Below are positions 42,322 through 56,400 of a stretch of DNA of 64,000 bases, piece by piece. The first letter of the stretch is position 1; every line of letters begins with the position of its first letter. The stretch is from NCBI GenBank assembly GCA_042408215.1, contig JAYFMW010000017.1, forward strand, positions 672,001-736,000, given 5' to 3'. The position numbers were made by a program, and so were the translations under genes. The notes beneath the pieces were generated by a model. The model did no database searches and was not told the origin of the DNA. It saw nothing but the letters and a program-made list of their open reading frames with translations. The stretch is from Microcoleus sp. Its GTDB lineage: Bacteria; Cyanobacteriota; Cyanobacteriia; Cyanobacteriales; Microcoleaceae.

Positions 42322-43245
42322 CTAAAATACAATTTGAGGAGCCAAGATGCTACTTGTATCTGAATTAACTACTTGACCGATACCTAAGAATTGACCGTCT
42401 TCATTATAAACCTGCAAGGGAGAAGATGAGGGAATGGAGGTATTTTTTTCTACTTTCCTATTTTCCATAATTTCTGCAATCGGGAGGCGCTGACCTTGAA
42501 ACCAGCGTTGGGCATATTCGGGAGAAAGGACGATCGCACCTAAATGTCCCAAAACCTGCGCTGGCAAAATTGGGGAAAATTTACTCTCCTGCAATTGCCT
42601 TTCTAATTCTTCAAAACTGAGACTTTCCTCGATCGAAAAACCGCTACTTTCGGTACGATTCAAAGTAGCCAAAGTGCCACCTACATTCAACATAGCACCC
42701 AAATCGCGGGCGATCGCCCGAATATAAGTCCCGGCCCCGCAGGCGATCGCCAAATCCAACTCTGGAAAATCCCCCGATCGCCAATCCAAAACTTCCAGCC
42801 GAAAAACCTCTACATTCCTAGCAGCAACATCGACAGTTTCGCCCTTTCTCGCCAAATCGTAAAGGCGTTTTCCCCCGACTTGAACTGCACTATAATTAGG
42901 CGGAAATTGCTCGATTTTTCCCAGGAAATTCGGCAGTGCAGCTTGCACTTTTTCCCAACTCAAATCCGGCACCGGTTGAGCATTGATAATTTCCCCTTCT
43001 AAATCGTCCGTAGCAGTAGTTAAGCCAAACCGAATCGTGCCTCGGTAAGCTTTACCCTGTTGGAGAAATTGCAATAGCCTAGTTGCCTTACCCAGGGCGA
43101 TCGGCAAAACACCAGTAACAGCAGGATCGAGGGTTCCCCCATGTCCGACTCGCTTGAGTTTCAACAAGCGGCGCACTCGCCCCACACAGTCGTGGGAAGT
43201 CATGCCCGCAGGTTTATTAAGATTGAGAAAACCTTCAGTAGTCAT
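42322..43245 (-). CDS. truB: tRNA pseudouridine(55) synthase
   Basis: [13 protein letters not shown]. Confidence 0.95.
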   Translation of the reverse strand: MTTEGFLNLNKPAGMTSHDCVGRVRRLLKLKRVGHGGTLDPAVTGVLPIALGKATRLLQFLQQGKAYRGTIRFGLTTATDDLEGEIINAQPVPDLSWEKVQAALPNFLGKIEQFPPNYSAVQVGGKRLYDLARKGETVDVAARNVEVFRLEVLDWRSGDFPELDLAIACGAGTYIRAIARDLGAMLNVGGTLATLNRTESSGFSIEESLSFEELERQLQESKFSPILPAQVLGHLGAIVLSPEYAQRWFQGQRLPIAEIMENRKVEKNTSIPSSSPLQVYNEDGQFLGIGQVVNSDTSSILAPQIVF

Positions 43246-43574
43246 TAGTCAGTTGGCAGTTGGCAGTTGACAGTTGGTAGTTGGCCGTTGCTAGTTAGCA
43301 GTTGGCAGTTGGTAATTGTGAGTTGTTGTTGATTGTTGGTTATTGATTGTGAGTTGGTTGTTGGTTGTTGGTTGTTGATTGTTGATTGTTGGTTGTTGGT
43401 TGTTGGTTGTTGGTTGTTGGTTGTTGGTTGTTGGTTGTTGGTTGTTGACAGTTGGTTGTTGGTTGTGAGTTGACAATGCCCAATGCCCAATGCCCAATGC
43501 CCAATGCCCAATGCCCAATTCCCAATTCCCAATTCCCAATGCCCAATTCCCAATTCCCAATTCCCAATTCCCAA
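43246..43574. repeat. STRR heptamer tracts (TTGTTGG, TGCCCAA, TTCCCAA)
   Basis: Tandem 7-mers filling the intergenic gap. Confidence 0.95.
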
Positions 43575-44342
43575 TTAAAGAATGAAATCAGCCTGACTGA
43601 TAGAAATGCGGGCAATTCCGAAGAGAGTAGCCAGAGTTTCCTTAGTGCTTGTAAGCTGAATAATTGTACTAGGCGAAGTTCCGGCAGTGCCTGCGGAAAT
43701 TGTGAGTTCAGCAAAGGTAAGACCGGCACTCAAGCGAATTCGATCGCCACCATCAGTAAAGTCTGTAATCACGTCCCCATCTGTCAAACGACCGATCGCA
43801 AACGTGTCATTCCCGGTGCCGCCAGTTAAAGTATCTCGGCCCCGATCGCCCGAAAGGCAGTCATCACCGATTCCGCCAAACAGCGAGTCATCGCCGGCCC
43901 CCCCAAATAGAGTATCATTACCCGCACCACCCAACAAAGAATCACTATCTTGGTTGCCAAACAGCAAATCATTGCCGTCGTCGCCACTTTGGGAATCAGC
44001 ACCTTTGCCACCATAAATAGTGTCGTCGCCTTCGCTACCCAAGGCAGTATCCCTGCCACTACCGCCGAACAGACAGTCATTACCAGCGTCGCCACGGATT
44101 GAGTCGTCGCCAGCGTCTCCGTAAATTGTATCGTCTCCGCCTAAGCCAAAAATTGTGTCAGGCCCTCCCAAACCAAAGATTAAGTCAGCACCGCCAGTAC
44201 CGGTGAGGGAGTCGGGGCCGGTAGTGCCACGAGTGCCGTTAGCTGACGCGCTGGGGCTTGTACCGCTGGGGCTTGTACCGCTGGAACTGGTGGGGGTTGG
44301 GGTTGGTTTGGGAATTGGTTGAGAAGGGACTGCTGCTGGCAT
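43575..44342 (-). CDS. RTX/haemolysin-type calcium-binding protein
   Basis: Many GGxGxDxL nonapeptides; Pro/Thr/Ser-rich N-terminus. Confidence 0.9.
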   Translation of the reverse strand: MPAAVPSQPIPKPTPTPTSSSGTSPSGTSPSASANGTRGTTGPDSLTGTGGADLIFGLGGPDTIFGLGGDDTIYGDAGDDSIRGDAGNDCLFGGSGRDTALGSEGDDTIYGGKGADSQSGDDGNDLLFGNQDSDSLLGGAGNDTLFGGAGDDSLFGGIGDDCLSGDRGRDTLTGGTGNDTFAIGRLTDGDVITDFTDGGDRIRLSAGLTFAELTISAGTAGTSPSTIIQLTSTKETLATLFGIARISISQADFIL

Positions 44343-44716
44343 TGTTGTACCCTGGGTAATTAGGACGTTGCACTTCTAACTTAGCGAATTTCCAAAGAAG
44401 TGTTTTCGGCCCTGAATTTTGATGGGGAATTGGGACGATTTGAGCGATCGCACACACTCAATTTCCCACTTTCCCAGTGATCTAGCCGCAGGAAGAGGGA
44501 AGAAACTTTGAAATACTGGTCACGCTCGCGAAGTCGAAGTGTTCGGCTCCCCGGTCACAGAGCGCGATCGTGGCGTCGCACAGAGCGAATTCGAAGCGAT
44601 CGACTACGCACACCAACCGTCACACGCTCGCCCTTCGGCGCAGTTTACCCGCTCGCCCTTCGACTTGGCTCAGGGGCCACGAAGTCGAAGAGTCGAAGTG
44701 TTCGGCCCCATGCAGC

Positions 44717-46477
44717 TTACCGACGTGCCGGAACTGGCTGAGGTTCAGGGGTTGGGAGTGGAGAGGCGGGGTATCGATCGCGGTGGAGTGTAGGGACATC
44801 GGCACTGCCGTGTCCGAGCAACTGTTGGAATTGTTCCGGGGTGAGCGATCGCAAAATGAACAAGCCCAGGGAGTCTCGCGAGATGGTTTGAGCGTAGGAA
44901 GATTCGAGATAGGGGCGGAATTTTGACTGATTGTTCAAATAGGTTTCCATGAAAGCTAGGCTGAGTCCGTTGAGGTAACGGCGGGCTAAAGCTGGTTCCG
45001 GCCCGATCGCCGTTGCTGGTGGCTGAAAGACGCTTTGAGGGGATTGCTCGATCGTCGAAAAGTGAGTGCCGTTGTTCATCAGTACCAGATATTTATGCGG
45101 CGATGTCAGCCAAGTGAAAGGTTGAATTTGTTCGAGCAAAGCCGGGGCGACGGTATCGGCACTACCTGCAACTAACATGACTGGAATTTGGATTTTGCTG
45201 AGGTTTGTTTCACCGAGAATGCTGCTGACAATAGGGTTGACGGCGATCGCAGCTTTGACGCGCGGGTCGCTGAAATTGTACTGCTTGCGCTCTAGGCTGC
45301 GGGCGCGACACTGCAAGAGCAGCGAGAGGTTCCAAGTGTCGTTTTCTAACTGGCAGTCTTTGTCTAGTTGTACAAAATTAATCCCTGCGCCGGCTAAGGT
45401 CAAAGCTGTATAGCCACCGAAAGATTGACCGATGACGCCGACTCGCTGCAAGTCGAGTCCACGGTAGGCTGGGTCTGTTGTAGCCAGAGTGGTTAAATAA
45501 TCGAGCAGGTCTTTGATGTCGAGGGGGCGGTTGACAAATTCTGCTGGTTCTGATACGTCTCTAGCTCTGCCTGTTACTAAGTCTTGGATTTGTTGGGCGT
45601 TGCTGCCTGGGTGTTCGGGGACGGCGACGGCAAAGCCGTAGGAGGCTAAGTGTTTGGCTAGATACTCGAAGGAAATGCGATCGGAACCCAAACCGTGGGA
45701 AATTACGACCACAGGAGCCTGTCGGGGGCTGCCATTGGGTAGATAAATATCGATCCCAAAGGTGCGATCGCGATTTGGACTCGTCAGAGTTACCGATGAT
45801 TTCTGCCAAGTATAGGGGCCCGGTAGAGATGGCTGTAGCATTTCGCCGGGGGGAATTGCAGGCTCGGCGGTGTCGGGAGTTTCCGACAATTGGGCGACAC
45901 CGGCGATCGCCCGATTGGAACGGTTCACCAGCGTCGTCAGCCCCTCGGCGACACCCAATCCGCGATCGATGTCAATCCTGATGCCGTAAGTCGGGAATTT
46001 CCGCAGCACGTTGAGAATTGTTAAGCCTTCAGGATCGGCAGCGGCTAAAATTAGGGCGGCTCGGAGCGCGTAAAATCCAGGCTGTTGAGCTTTGGTTTGA
46101 ATTACTCGGCTCAAGCGTTCCAGTAGAACTTCTCCTTGGGGGGTGTAGAGGAATTGGGCGATCGTCACGACTTTGATTTCAGCGCGAGCTTGCAGGACTC
46201 TCTGAATCTCGGCTAGCTGTTCTGGTTTGGCGTACTGAGCGAAGCCGTCCAAGTGGTCGTCTATTTTGCCTGTTTCGGCGAAGAGTGCCAGAGATTCGAT
46301 CGGCACTGATACTTCTAGCGGCCCGTAAGTTACGTAAATTCGCTCAGCAGCGATCGCGGGTGCGGCCGTGCAAACAGCGGTGAATGCCAACAATCCTAGG
46401 TATTTTAAGGCGCGATCTCTTAGAGAGCGACAGACAGCAGGAGAGAGACTCGGAAACAGACACTTCATAACTTTCAC
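44717..46477 (-). CDS. Alpha/beta hydrolase with DUF1400 N-domain
   Basis: AAERIY after signal peptide, ISHGLGS, GQSFGG nucleophile, GTHFS. Confidence 0.9.
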   Translation of the reverse strand: MKVMKCLFPSLSPAVCRSLRDRALKYLGLLAFTAVCTAAPAIAAERIYVTYGPLEVSVPIESLALFAETGKIDDHLDGFAQYAKPEQLAEIQRVLQARAEIKVVTIAQFLYTPQGEVLLERLSRVIQTKAQQPGFYALRAALILAAADPEGLTILNVLRKFPTYGIRIDIDRGLGVAEGLTTLVNRSNRAIAGVAQLSETPDTAEPAIPPGEMLQPSLPGPYTWQKSSVTLTSPNRDRTFGIDIYLPNGSPRQAPVVVISHGLGSDRISFEYLAKHLASYGFAVAVPEHPGSNAQQIQDLVTGRARDVSEPAEFVNRPLDIKDLLDYLTTLATTDPAYRGLDLQRVGVIGQSFGGYTALTLAGAGINFVQLDKDCQLENDTWNLSLLLQCRARSLERKQYNFSDPRVKAAIAVNPIVSSILGETNLSKIQIPVMLVAGSADTVAPALLEQIQPFTWLTSPHKYLVLMNNGTHFSTIEQSPQSVFQPPATAIGPEPALARRYLNGLSLAFMETYLNNQSKFRPYLESSYAQTISRDSLGLFILRSLTPEQFQQLLGHGSADVPTLHRDRYPASPLPTPEPQPVPARR

Positions 46478-46651
46478 ACCTAGGATTTTAAATAATTAGT
46501 CGCTTAAACAGTCTAAATTGTTTCGTCAATATTTAATGCCCAGATGTTGTCAAAGAGTCGATCGGTTTCCGATAGATGTTTTCAAAGAGTAGGTTATTGT
46601 AGAGAGGATAGCCCTCAATCAATTTTCGAGTCTGACAAACGGAGATCGAGA

Positions 46652-47998
46652 GTAAATTACCCAGCACTGACCTGAGTACAGGTACTGTGTGGGCTTTCAA
46701 TAGCCCGCTCGATGATCTTGCACATTGCAAAATAATCTCGAACCTTCGGGTTTATTTACGGAAACCCCAAGAGCAGCAATATTCTTGCTGCCGTTCAAAT
46801 CAGCGTCACCTTTCCATCCACAATGACCACAAACAAACCTTTTACCATTTCTATAGGACTCACCCCGTACCGGATGGATCTGGTTGCACTTGTGGCACAT
46901 TTGGCTAGTGTATCTAGGAGCAACAAACAAAATCTTTACTCCGTACTTTATAGCTTTGTAGACCAGAAATTGGCGCAACTGAAAGAAGGCCCAGCTATTA
47001 CTGAGTCTTCGCTCTTTTTTCGAGCGTGGCTGCTGATTAGTCCGTTCCCTAATTCCAGTCAGCTCTTCCAAAGCAATAATTTGATTTTTGTTTTTAGCCC
47101 TAGTTACGATCCGATGACTAATGGTGTGATTTACCAATGCCTGAAAACGCTTTTCCTGACCCGACAACCGTTTCAACAATTCTCGACATCTGCGTCTAGA
47201 ACTGCGTGTGCCTTTCGAGGCTTTTTGTTGGATGTTTGCTCTCATCTTGGCGTAATGATTTCTAACTGCGGTAATTTCTTTACCGCTAAATGTATCTCCT
47301 TCAGAGGTAACAGCAATATCAGTTCGGCCCAAGTCACAACCCAAAACCTCATCACTTGGTGGTGGTTCTATGGGTTGAGACTCAAGCTGAATATTCAGGT
47401 AGTAAGTACCATCTTTGCGCTTGCACAGAGTAGCAGTTTTGGGATTTTGACCTTTCAGCAATCCAAGCTGGTAGTTGCCTATTGCCAGTGTAAATCTCTC
47501 TCTGCCATCTGTAGTAGTGAGGCTTACTGTCCAGTCTTTTTCCCTAAAAGAAAAAGTACGAGCATCGTAAGTAGCACTCGTAGGAGCAAAACTTTTTACT
47601 GGCTTTCCATCTTTCTTCGAGGTTTTTCTGTTGCCAGAAACTCGTCTAATGGCATGGATTGCCAACTGAGCCGAAAGTCCAAATCTAGCCCTGACATCGT
47701 AATAAACCAAGGACTGCATCGCCAATTCATTCATCAGAGTTGGTGGTACGGTTTGGTTGACATATTCGCAAGCAGCAGCAAACGCCTGAAGGGTGGCATC
47801 AATTTTGATGGACTGTTCCGGCGATACTTGGAGTTTGCAAGATACGGTCAGGAATTGTTTCATAGTAAAATTATATCATGTATTGAAGAAATTATGTCTA
47901 CGCTTACAGATAATTTGTTCGGCTCTTGAGCCTCACGCGCATTCCTCCCGACGCTCAAGGTCGTACCGTCATTGGCGCGGGACTCCTGCTGATGAAAG
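46652..47998 (-). mobile_element. Non-autonomous IS200/IS605-family element (tnpB only)
   Basis: End hairpins similar to 6148-7628; TCAA target on minus strand at 47999-48002. Confidence 0.8.
46697..47863 (-). CDS. tnpB: RNA-guided endonuclease TnpB, apparently intact
   Basis: GCDLG, ALEEL, CHKC...CGHC Zn finger, DADLNGS. Confidence 0.93.
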   Translation of the reverse strand: MKQFLTVSCKLQVSPEQSIKIDATLQAFAAACEYVNQTVPPTLMNELAMQSLVYYDVRARFGLSAQLAIHAIRRVSGNRKTSKKDGKPVKSFAPTSATYDARTFSFREKDWTVSLTTTDGRERFTLAIGNYQLGLLKGQNPKTATLCKRKDGTYYLNIQLESQPIEPPPSDEVLGCDLGRTDIAVTSEGDTFSGKEITAVRNHYAKMRANIQQKASKGTRSSRRRCRELLKRLSGQEKRFQALVNHTISHRIVTRAKNKNQIIALEELTGIRERTNQQPRSKKERRLSNSWAFFQLRQFLVYKAIKYGVKILFVAPRYTSQMCHKCNQIHPVRGESYRNGKRFVCGHCGWKGDADLNGSKNIAALGVSVNKPEGSRLFCNVQDHRAGY

Positions 47999-48110
47999 TT
48001 GAAAATCCAAGGCCGTCCGGTCAAACCTGCTCGCATCTCCATTAATATTTTTACAAGCATGGAAAATATGTACGATCGAGAGAGAAACTAAAGTCAGAGA
48101 GGGAGAAAAA

Positions 48111-49094
48111 ATGATGTTCAATGCAACAGCAATCCTGATAGACGCATTTGTACAAGAGCTACAAGCCGGCTACCGTCGCACCTACGGTAAATACAAGCCT
48201 GACTACCCAGAAATCATCGCCTGGGCGGGGACTATGGCTCTGGAAAATATCGCTAATTGTGATGCTCTGTACCACAATGTAGAACACACGATGCTGGTAG
48301 CCCTGGTGGGACAAGAGATTCTCCGCGGCAAGCACATTCGGGAGGGGGGAGTGTCGCCGGAAGATTGGCTGCACTACCTGATCTCGCTACTGTGCCACGA
48401 TATCGGCTACGTCAAAGGTGTCTGCCGTCAAGACCAAGAAGCTGTCGGACTCTACGCTACGGGGATTGACGGGGGCATGGTTTCTGTACCGATTGGCGCA
48501 ACTTCTGCCAGTCTAACTCCTTATCATGTCGATCGAGGCAAACTCGTAATTGACGAACGCTTCGGCGGCCACACATTAATTGATGCCGAACAAATCAAGC
48601 GGAATATTGAATTGACTCGTTTCCCAGTTCCTGCTAGCGAAACTCATCAAGACAGAAACAATTATTCTGGACTCGCGCGAGCAGCAGATTTGATCGGTCA
48701 ATTGAGCGACCCCAATTACCTGCGAAAAATTAGCGCATTGTTCTACGAATTTGAGGAAGTCGGCACTAATAAAATCTTGGGCTACAAATCTCCCGGAGAT
48801 TTGCGGCAAAATTATGCCAAGTTTTATTGGAACGGAGTTTTTCCCTACATTCCGGCAGCTCTTAACTATTTGGAATTGACCCAGGGAGGAAAACAGATTA
48901 TTGCCAACCTCTACGCTAATGTGTTTCAGGTAGAACACGCTGAACCGCTGGCTTTCAAAAAGCCGAATGCTCAAGAATTTATCAAATCTCCGGTTAACAG
49001 CAACTTGAATGGCGACAAAAATCCCGATCACCTTCAAGCTGCCCTGTCGGGAGACAATAATAATTTTCGTGACTTTCCTGACCTAAATTTGTAA
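48111..49094 (+). CDS. HD-domain metal-dependent phosphohydrolase
   Basis: YHNVEHT, CHDIGY, AADLIGQ. Confidence 0.88.
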   Translation: MMFNATAILIDAFVQELQAGYRRTYGKYKPDYPEIIAWAGTMALENIANCDALYHNVEHTMLVALVGQEILRGKHIREGGVSPEDWLHYLISLLCHDIGYVKGVCRQDQEAVGLYATGIDGGMVSVPIGATSASLTPYHVDRGKLVIDERFGGHTLIDAEQIKRNIELTRFPVPASETHQDRNNYSGLARAADLIGQLSDPNYLRKISALFYEFEEVGTNKILGYKSPGDLRQNYAKFYWNGVFPYIPAALNYLELTQGGKQIIANLYANVFQVEHAEPLAFKKPNAQEFIKSPVNSNLNGDKNPDHLQAALSGDNNNFRDFPDLNL

Positions 49095-49230
49095 TAAATT
49101 AACCAGCCTTATGCTGAAGCCTATCAAGCGAGCCAGAATTAGGATTAAAAATTTTAACCTAGTTGCTGATTCGTTTTTTTTGAGCTATATTCTAGCTAAG
49201 AAATAGTGGTTTTTTAGGGAGATTTCAGTC

Positions 49231-50295
49231 ATGGAAACCAACAACATTGAAGTCGTTTTTAGCTTTGATACAACTGGCAGTATGTACCCTTGCTTGACGC
49301 AATTTCGTCGAAAAATCAAAGAGACAGTAACAAGACTGCTTGATGAAATTCCAGGAATTCGCATCGGCATTATTGCTCGCGGGGACTATTGCGATGCTGG
49401 CAGCACTTACATAACTAAACACCTCGATTTGTCTGGCGATGTCGCCACGATTTGTAATTTTGTTCAAAATGTCGAGCCAACGGGCGGCGGCGATGCTCCA
49501 GAATGTTACGAGTTAGTCTTAGACGAAGCTCAGTCACTTTCTTGGACTCCAACTAATTCCAAAACATTGGTACTAATTGGCGACGATATCCCCCACGCAC
49601 CCGCTCAAACTCCTCAAAAACTTAACTGGCGTAACGAAGTAGATAAGTTAGCAGAGATGGGAATTGCCGTTTATGGCATCCAAGCTATCAACCGTAAGCA
49701 CGCTACTTTATTCTACAAAGAACTAGCCGAAAAATCTGGCGGTTTCCATCTCAATCTTGACCAATTTTCCTACATCACCGATTTCTTTTTAGCAGTTTGT
49801 TACCAACAGTCATCTAGCGAACAACTGCAAGCTTACGAACAAGAAGTTGTCAGTCAAGGTCCCATGAGTCGTGGATTAAACAAGATGTTTGATACCATGC
49901 GGGCGCGGGGAGGCGTTGCTGTTTAGGAATCAGCAGAATTGCGAGCCGTAAAACCAGGGAGATTTCAGATTCTAGAAGTAGACAACGAGATTTCAATTAA
50001 AGCTTTTGTTCTGGAGAATGGTTGGGCTTTCAAAACCTGGCGCGGGTTTTATGAATTCACTAAAACAGAAACTATCCAAGGTAAGAAAGAAATTGTGCTG
50101 ATGGAACGTTCGACAGGGGATTTGTTTGAAGGAGAAGGGGCGCGAGAAATGTTGGGTTTGCCAATGGGCGAGACAGTTCGCATCAAACCCAGTCATCTAG
50201 AAAAGTATGTGGTTTTTGTGCAAAGTACCTCGGCAAATCGCAAGCTGATGGGGGGAAGTCGTTTCCTTTATGAAGTTGAAGATTGGGCTGGTTGA
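49231..50295 (+). pseudogene. VWA-domain protein interrupted by an in-frame TAG at 49924
   Basis: DTTGSM MIDAS motif, GGGDAPECYE; ORF 49939-50295 continues in the same frame. Confidence 0.8.
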
Positions 50296-50385
50296 TCGAG
50301 CGTAAATATCCAAACTACCACCCCATAACAACACAGATTATGCTAAAATATTTATAATCTGTGTTGCTCTATGCACTGCAATTAA

Positions 50386-52534
<2,149 letters not shown>

Positions 52535-52825
52535 ATAGTTAGTGAAAATCAATAAATCTCTCCGCTCTTTCTCCGCGCCCTCTGCGTCCTCTGCGGTTCA
52601 AAAAAAAGAAACCCAACATAACTCAACCCAACCTACTGCATCTCTTTGAGAAATGCTATACCTCTCCGCTCTTTCTCCGCGCCCTCTGGCGCTGGAGCGG
52701 TTCAAAAAAACCTCCTTTGACTCCTCTGCTATACAACCTAAATTTTGCTAAAATTAATGTAGTTCGCTCAAATAGTGCGGCCAATACAAGTCCAAGCAAG
52801 TCCTAGTAATCACAGGAGATACATT

Positions 52826-53236
52826 ATGTCGGAAATTCCAACAGAACAAACACCAACAAATTTGCCAACTCCAGAAACAACTACCGAAACCTCCATTTCT
52901 CCGGTGGACAACTTGAAAAATACTTTAGGAAACATCCTGAGTAGTTGGAAGTTAAAAGTAGGATTAGCAGTTGCTGTACTGTTTGGAGTGTTCCTATTAA
53001 CTTTCTACTGGCAGCATATAATTGCAGTTGTAGGTATGAAGAGTTGGTCGGCGCGATCGGGTGCTAAGCCGATCGAATGTATGGTAAGAGATACCAATAA
53101 CGACCAGTATGTCAGTTGCAGCGCTCTCCTCGATCAGCAGATTGTCCCTCTTGAGTGCAGTTCGAGTTTGTTCAACATCGGTTGTCGAGTCAATTATGGA
53201 ACTGCGGCACCTAATCCGAGACGGATGAACCCTTGA
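52826..53236 (+). CDS. Hypothetical membrane protein
   Basis: AGGAG upstream of ATG 52826; one TM segment; four Cys in the C-domain. Confidence 0.75.
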   Translation: MSEIPTEQTPTNLPTPETTTETSISPVDNLKNTLGNILSSWKLKVGLAVAVLFGVFLLTFYWQHIIAVVGMKSWSARSGAKPIECMVRDTNNDQYVSCSALLDQQIVPLECSSSLFNIGCRVNYGTAAPNPRRMNP

Positions 53237-53294
53237 GCTTCTGCTGGTGTCAGATGATTGTTGAATGAACAGATTTGTTACTAAAATATGGGAC

Positions 53295-53425
53295 TTACCC
53301 AAGATTTTCCACTGTGAAAATACTCCAGCAATAAAGATGAGAAAACTCTTGTTTTGCTTGTTGTAAATTAGCAGGTAAGTTGACTTACCTGCTCTTGTCA
53401 TTAAGGGCCTGTTTTCGAGCCGAAC
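53295..53425 (-). pseudogene. Degenerate copy of the CHAT gene 3' end
   Basis: Colinear similarity to 59015-59149. Confidence 0.75.
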
Positions 53426-53474
53426 CGACAACACCGCATTTAATCATATTTCTTTTTCTCATTGAAACCTAAAA

Positions 53475-56400
53475 ATGATCGAAATTAACGGCTACCAGAC
53501 TATTGCTCAGATTTACGAAAGTAATAACTCAATAGTATATAGAGGCATCCGACAACAGGATAATCTACCTATTATCCTCAAAATGCTCAAACAAGATTAT
53601 CCGACTCCTGCTCAACTCACCCACTATCGACAGGAATATGAAATTACGCGCAATCTGAATCTAGAAGGGGTCATCAAAGCTTATAGTTTGGAAGAGTATC
53701 AGAGAACGCTAGTTATAATCTTGGAAGATTTTGGTGGCAATTCTCTCAAGAGATTGACGAATAACTCAGAACAAAAGCAAGCCATTACCTCTTTCAACAA
53801 ATTCCTCGACATCGCCATTCAAGCAACCGAGATTTTGGCTCAGATTCATGCAGCCAATGTCATTCACAAAGATATTAACCCAGCTAATCTTGTTTTTAAC
53901 CCAGAAACCAAACAACTCAAAATCATCGACTTTGGCATTTCCACTCAACTCACCCGCGAAAATCCCACCGTAAAAAATCCCAATGTCCTAGAAGGAACTT
54001 TAGCCTATATTTCACCAGAGCAAACGGGAAGAATGAATCGTTCCCTAGATTACCGCACCGATTTTTATTCCCTTGGTGTCACTTACTATGAGTTACTAAC
54101 AGGAAAATTGCCTTTTGAAACCACCGATGCACTGGAGTTAGTGCATTGTCATATCGCCAAAGTACCCGTAGCACCCCATCAAATTAATCCAGAAATACCC
54201 AAAGCCGTGTCAGATATCGTGATGAAACTGATGGCAAAAACCGCAGAACAGCGATATCAAAGTGCATTCGGAATCAGAAATGATTTAACCGAATGTTTGC
54301 AGCAATTACAAACCACAGGAAATATATCAAATTTCCCTTTGGGGACTCAAGACATTTCCGAACATTTTCAAATTCCGCAAAAAATCTATGGCCGCGAGGC
54401 AGAAATTGAGACATTAATCACTGCTTTTGAGCGAGTAGCTAACCCCCCTGAATCCCCCCTTGCTAAGGGGGGACTAGGGGGGGTTGAAATGATGTTGGTG
54501 GCTGGTTATTCTGGGATTGGCAAATCTGCACTCGTACAAGAACTTTATCAACCCATTACCAAAGCACGCGGCTATTTTATCTCTGGTAAATTTGACCATT
54601 TTCAACGAAATATTCCCTACTCTGCTGTTGTTTATGCCTTCCAAGAATTAGTGCGACAACTGTTAACAGAAACCGCAACACAACTCAATATTTGGCGAGA
54701 GAAAATTTTAACTGCTCTCGGAGTTAACGGACAAATTATTATTGATGTCATTCCCCAAGTTGAACTGATTATTGGCAAGCAAATAAAAGTTCCACAGTTG
54801 GGAGGAACGGAGGCACAAAACCGCTTTAATTTAGTCTTGGGTAACTTTATCCGCGCATTTTGTTCTCCCGAACATCCCCTAGTTATCTTTCTGGATGATT
54901 TGCAGTGGGCCGATGCGGCTACCCTCAAATTAATCCAACTAATGATGACAGATTTAGATACAAAATACTTGTTTTTAATTGGTGCATATCGGGATAACGA
55001 AGTCAGTCCAACTCATCCCTTGATGATGACACTGGAAGAAATCAAGAAGGCTAATTTAGCAACATCATCTCTACAAAATCTGGAAATTGAGCAACCTACT
55101 TTTACTCAAATCAACCAAATTAATTTAGCACCTTTGGCTGTAGAACATATTCGTCAACTTATAGCTGATACTTTGTACAGCAACACGGAAGCTGTCAAAC
55201 ATTTAGCAGAAATGGTGGTGACAAAAACCCGTGGCAATCCTTTTTTTGTGAATGAGTTATTAACAACATTGTATGCGGAGGGAGGGCTGAATTTTAAACA
55301 TCCTCAATCTTCCTTTATTTCGGGAGAAAACAAAGGAGCAACCAGAGGATTTTGGCAATGGGATCTGTCTCACATTGAAGCTTTAGGCATTACAGATAAT
55401 GTGGTGGAATTAATGATTGGCAAACTAAAAAAAATGCCTGAAACCACACAAAATGTTTTGCAATTAGCCGCTTGTATCGGGTCTGAATTTGACTTAAATA
55501 CTCTCGCGGTTGTCTGCAAAAAAACAGCAACTCAGGTATTTGACGATCTCCTAGAGGCTCTTCAATCAGGGTTAATTATATCGCGTTCTGAATTAGACGA
55601 ACAACTGCTAATTCAAGATTATCAATTTAGACACGATCGCATCCAACAAGCCGCATATACTTTGATTGACGATCGCCAGAAAAAAGTCATTCACTTACAA
55701 ATAGGTCGCCTCCTGTTGCAAAATACTTCATTAGAGGCGCCATCTGAGAAAATCTTTGGGATTATCGATCATCTCAATATGGGTCGAGAACTGATGAGCG
55801 ATGATGTCGAACGAGAACACCTCGCTCAACTCAATCTCTTAGCTGGTTGCAAAGCAATTTCAGCCACAGCTTATGCAGCAGCAGTAAATTATTTACAAGT
55901 GGCAATAAAACTATTAGCAGAAGATAGTTGGCAGACTCAGTATCAGCTCACCCTTGATATTTACTCGCGTGCAGTAGAGGCGGTTTATCTCAATGGCGAT
56001 CTCCAACAGATGGAAGAATTAGCAGAAGTAGTCTTGCAACACGCGAATACAGTCCTCGATAAAATGAAAGTTTATGAAATTAAGATTCAATCCTGTATCC
56101 CGCAGACAAAATTTTTAGACGCGGTGAATACAGCACTTCCGGTACTAGAACTTTTAGGGCTAAGTTTTCCCCCATCTCCTACTCCCGCAGATATTCAAAA
56201 AGGGCTAGAGGAAATACTATCTAATTTAGCAGATAAGCAGATTGAAGATTTAATTGAGTTACCTGAAATGAGCGATCCAGATAAGTTAGCCGCAATGGCG
56301 ATCGCGAGTAGTATCTTTTCTGCATCGTATATCGCGGCTCCCCGTCTCTTACCCTTACTTGTCTTTAAACAAGTCAATTTATCCCTCCAATACGGCAATA

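Noticed and set aside
46823..47929. 368-aa plus-strand ORF
   Set aside because: Antisense to tnpB with no recognisable motifs
6529..49926. Amber recoding suggested by in-frame TAGs at 6529, 7141 and 49924
   Set aside because: TAG is the normal stop of gltB, the RAYT gene, acs and the kinase; nonsense mutation or error is simpler
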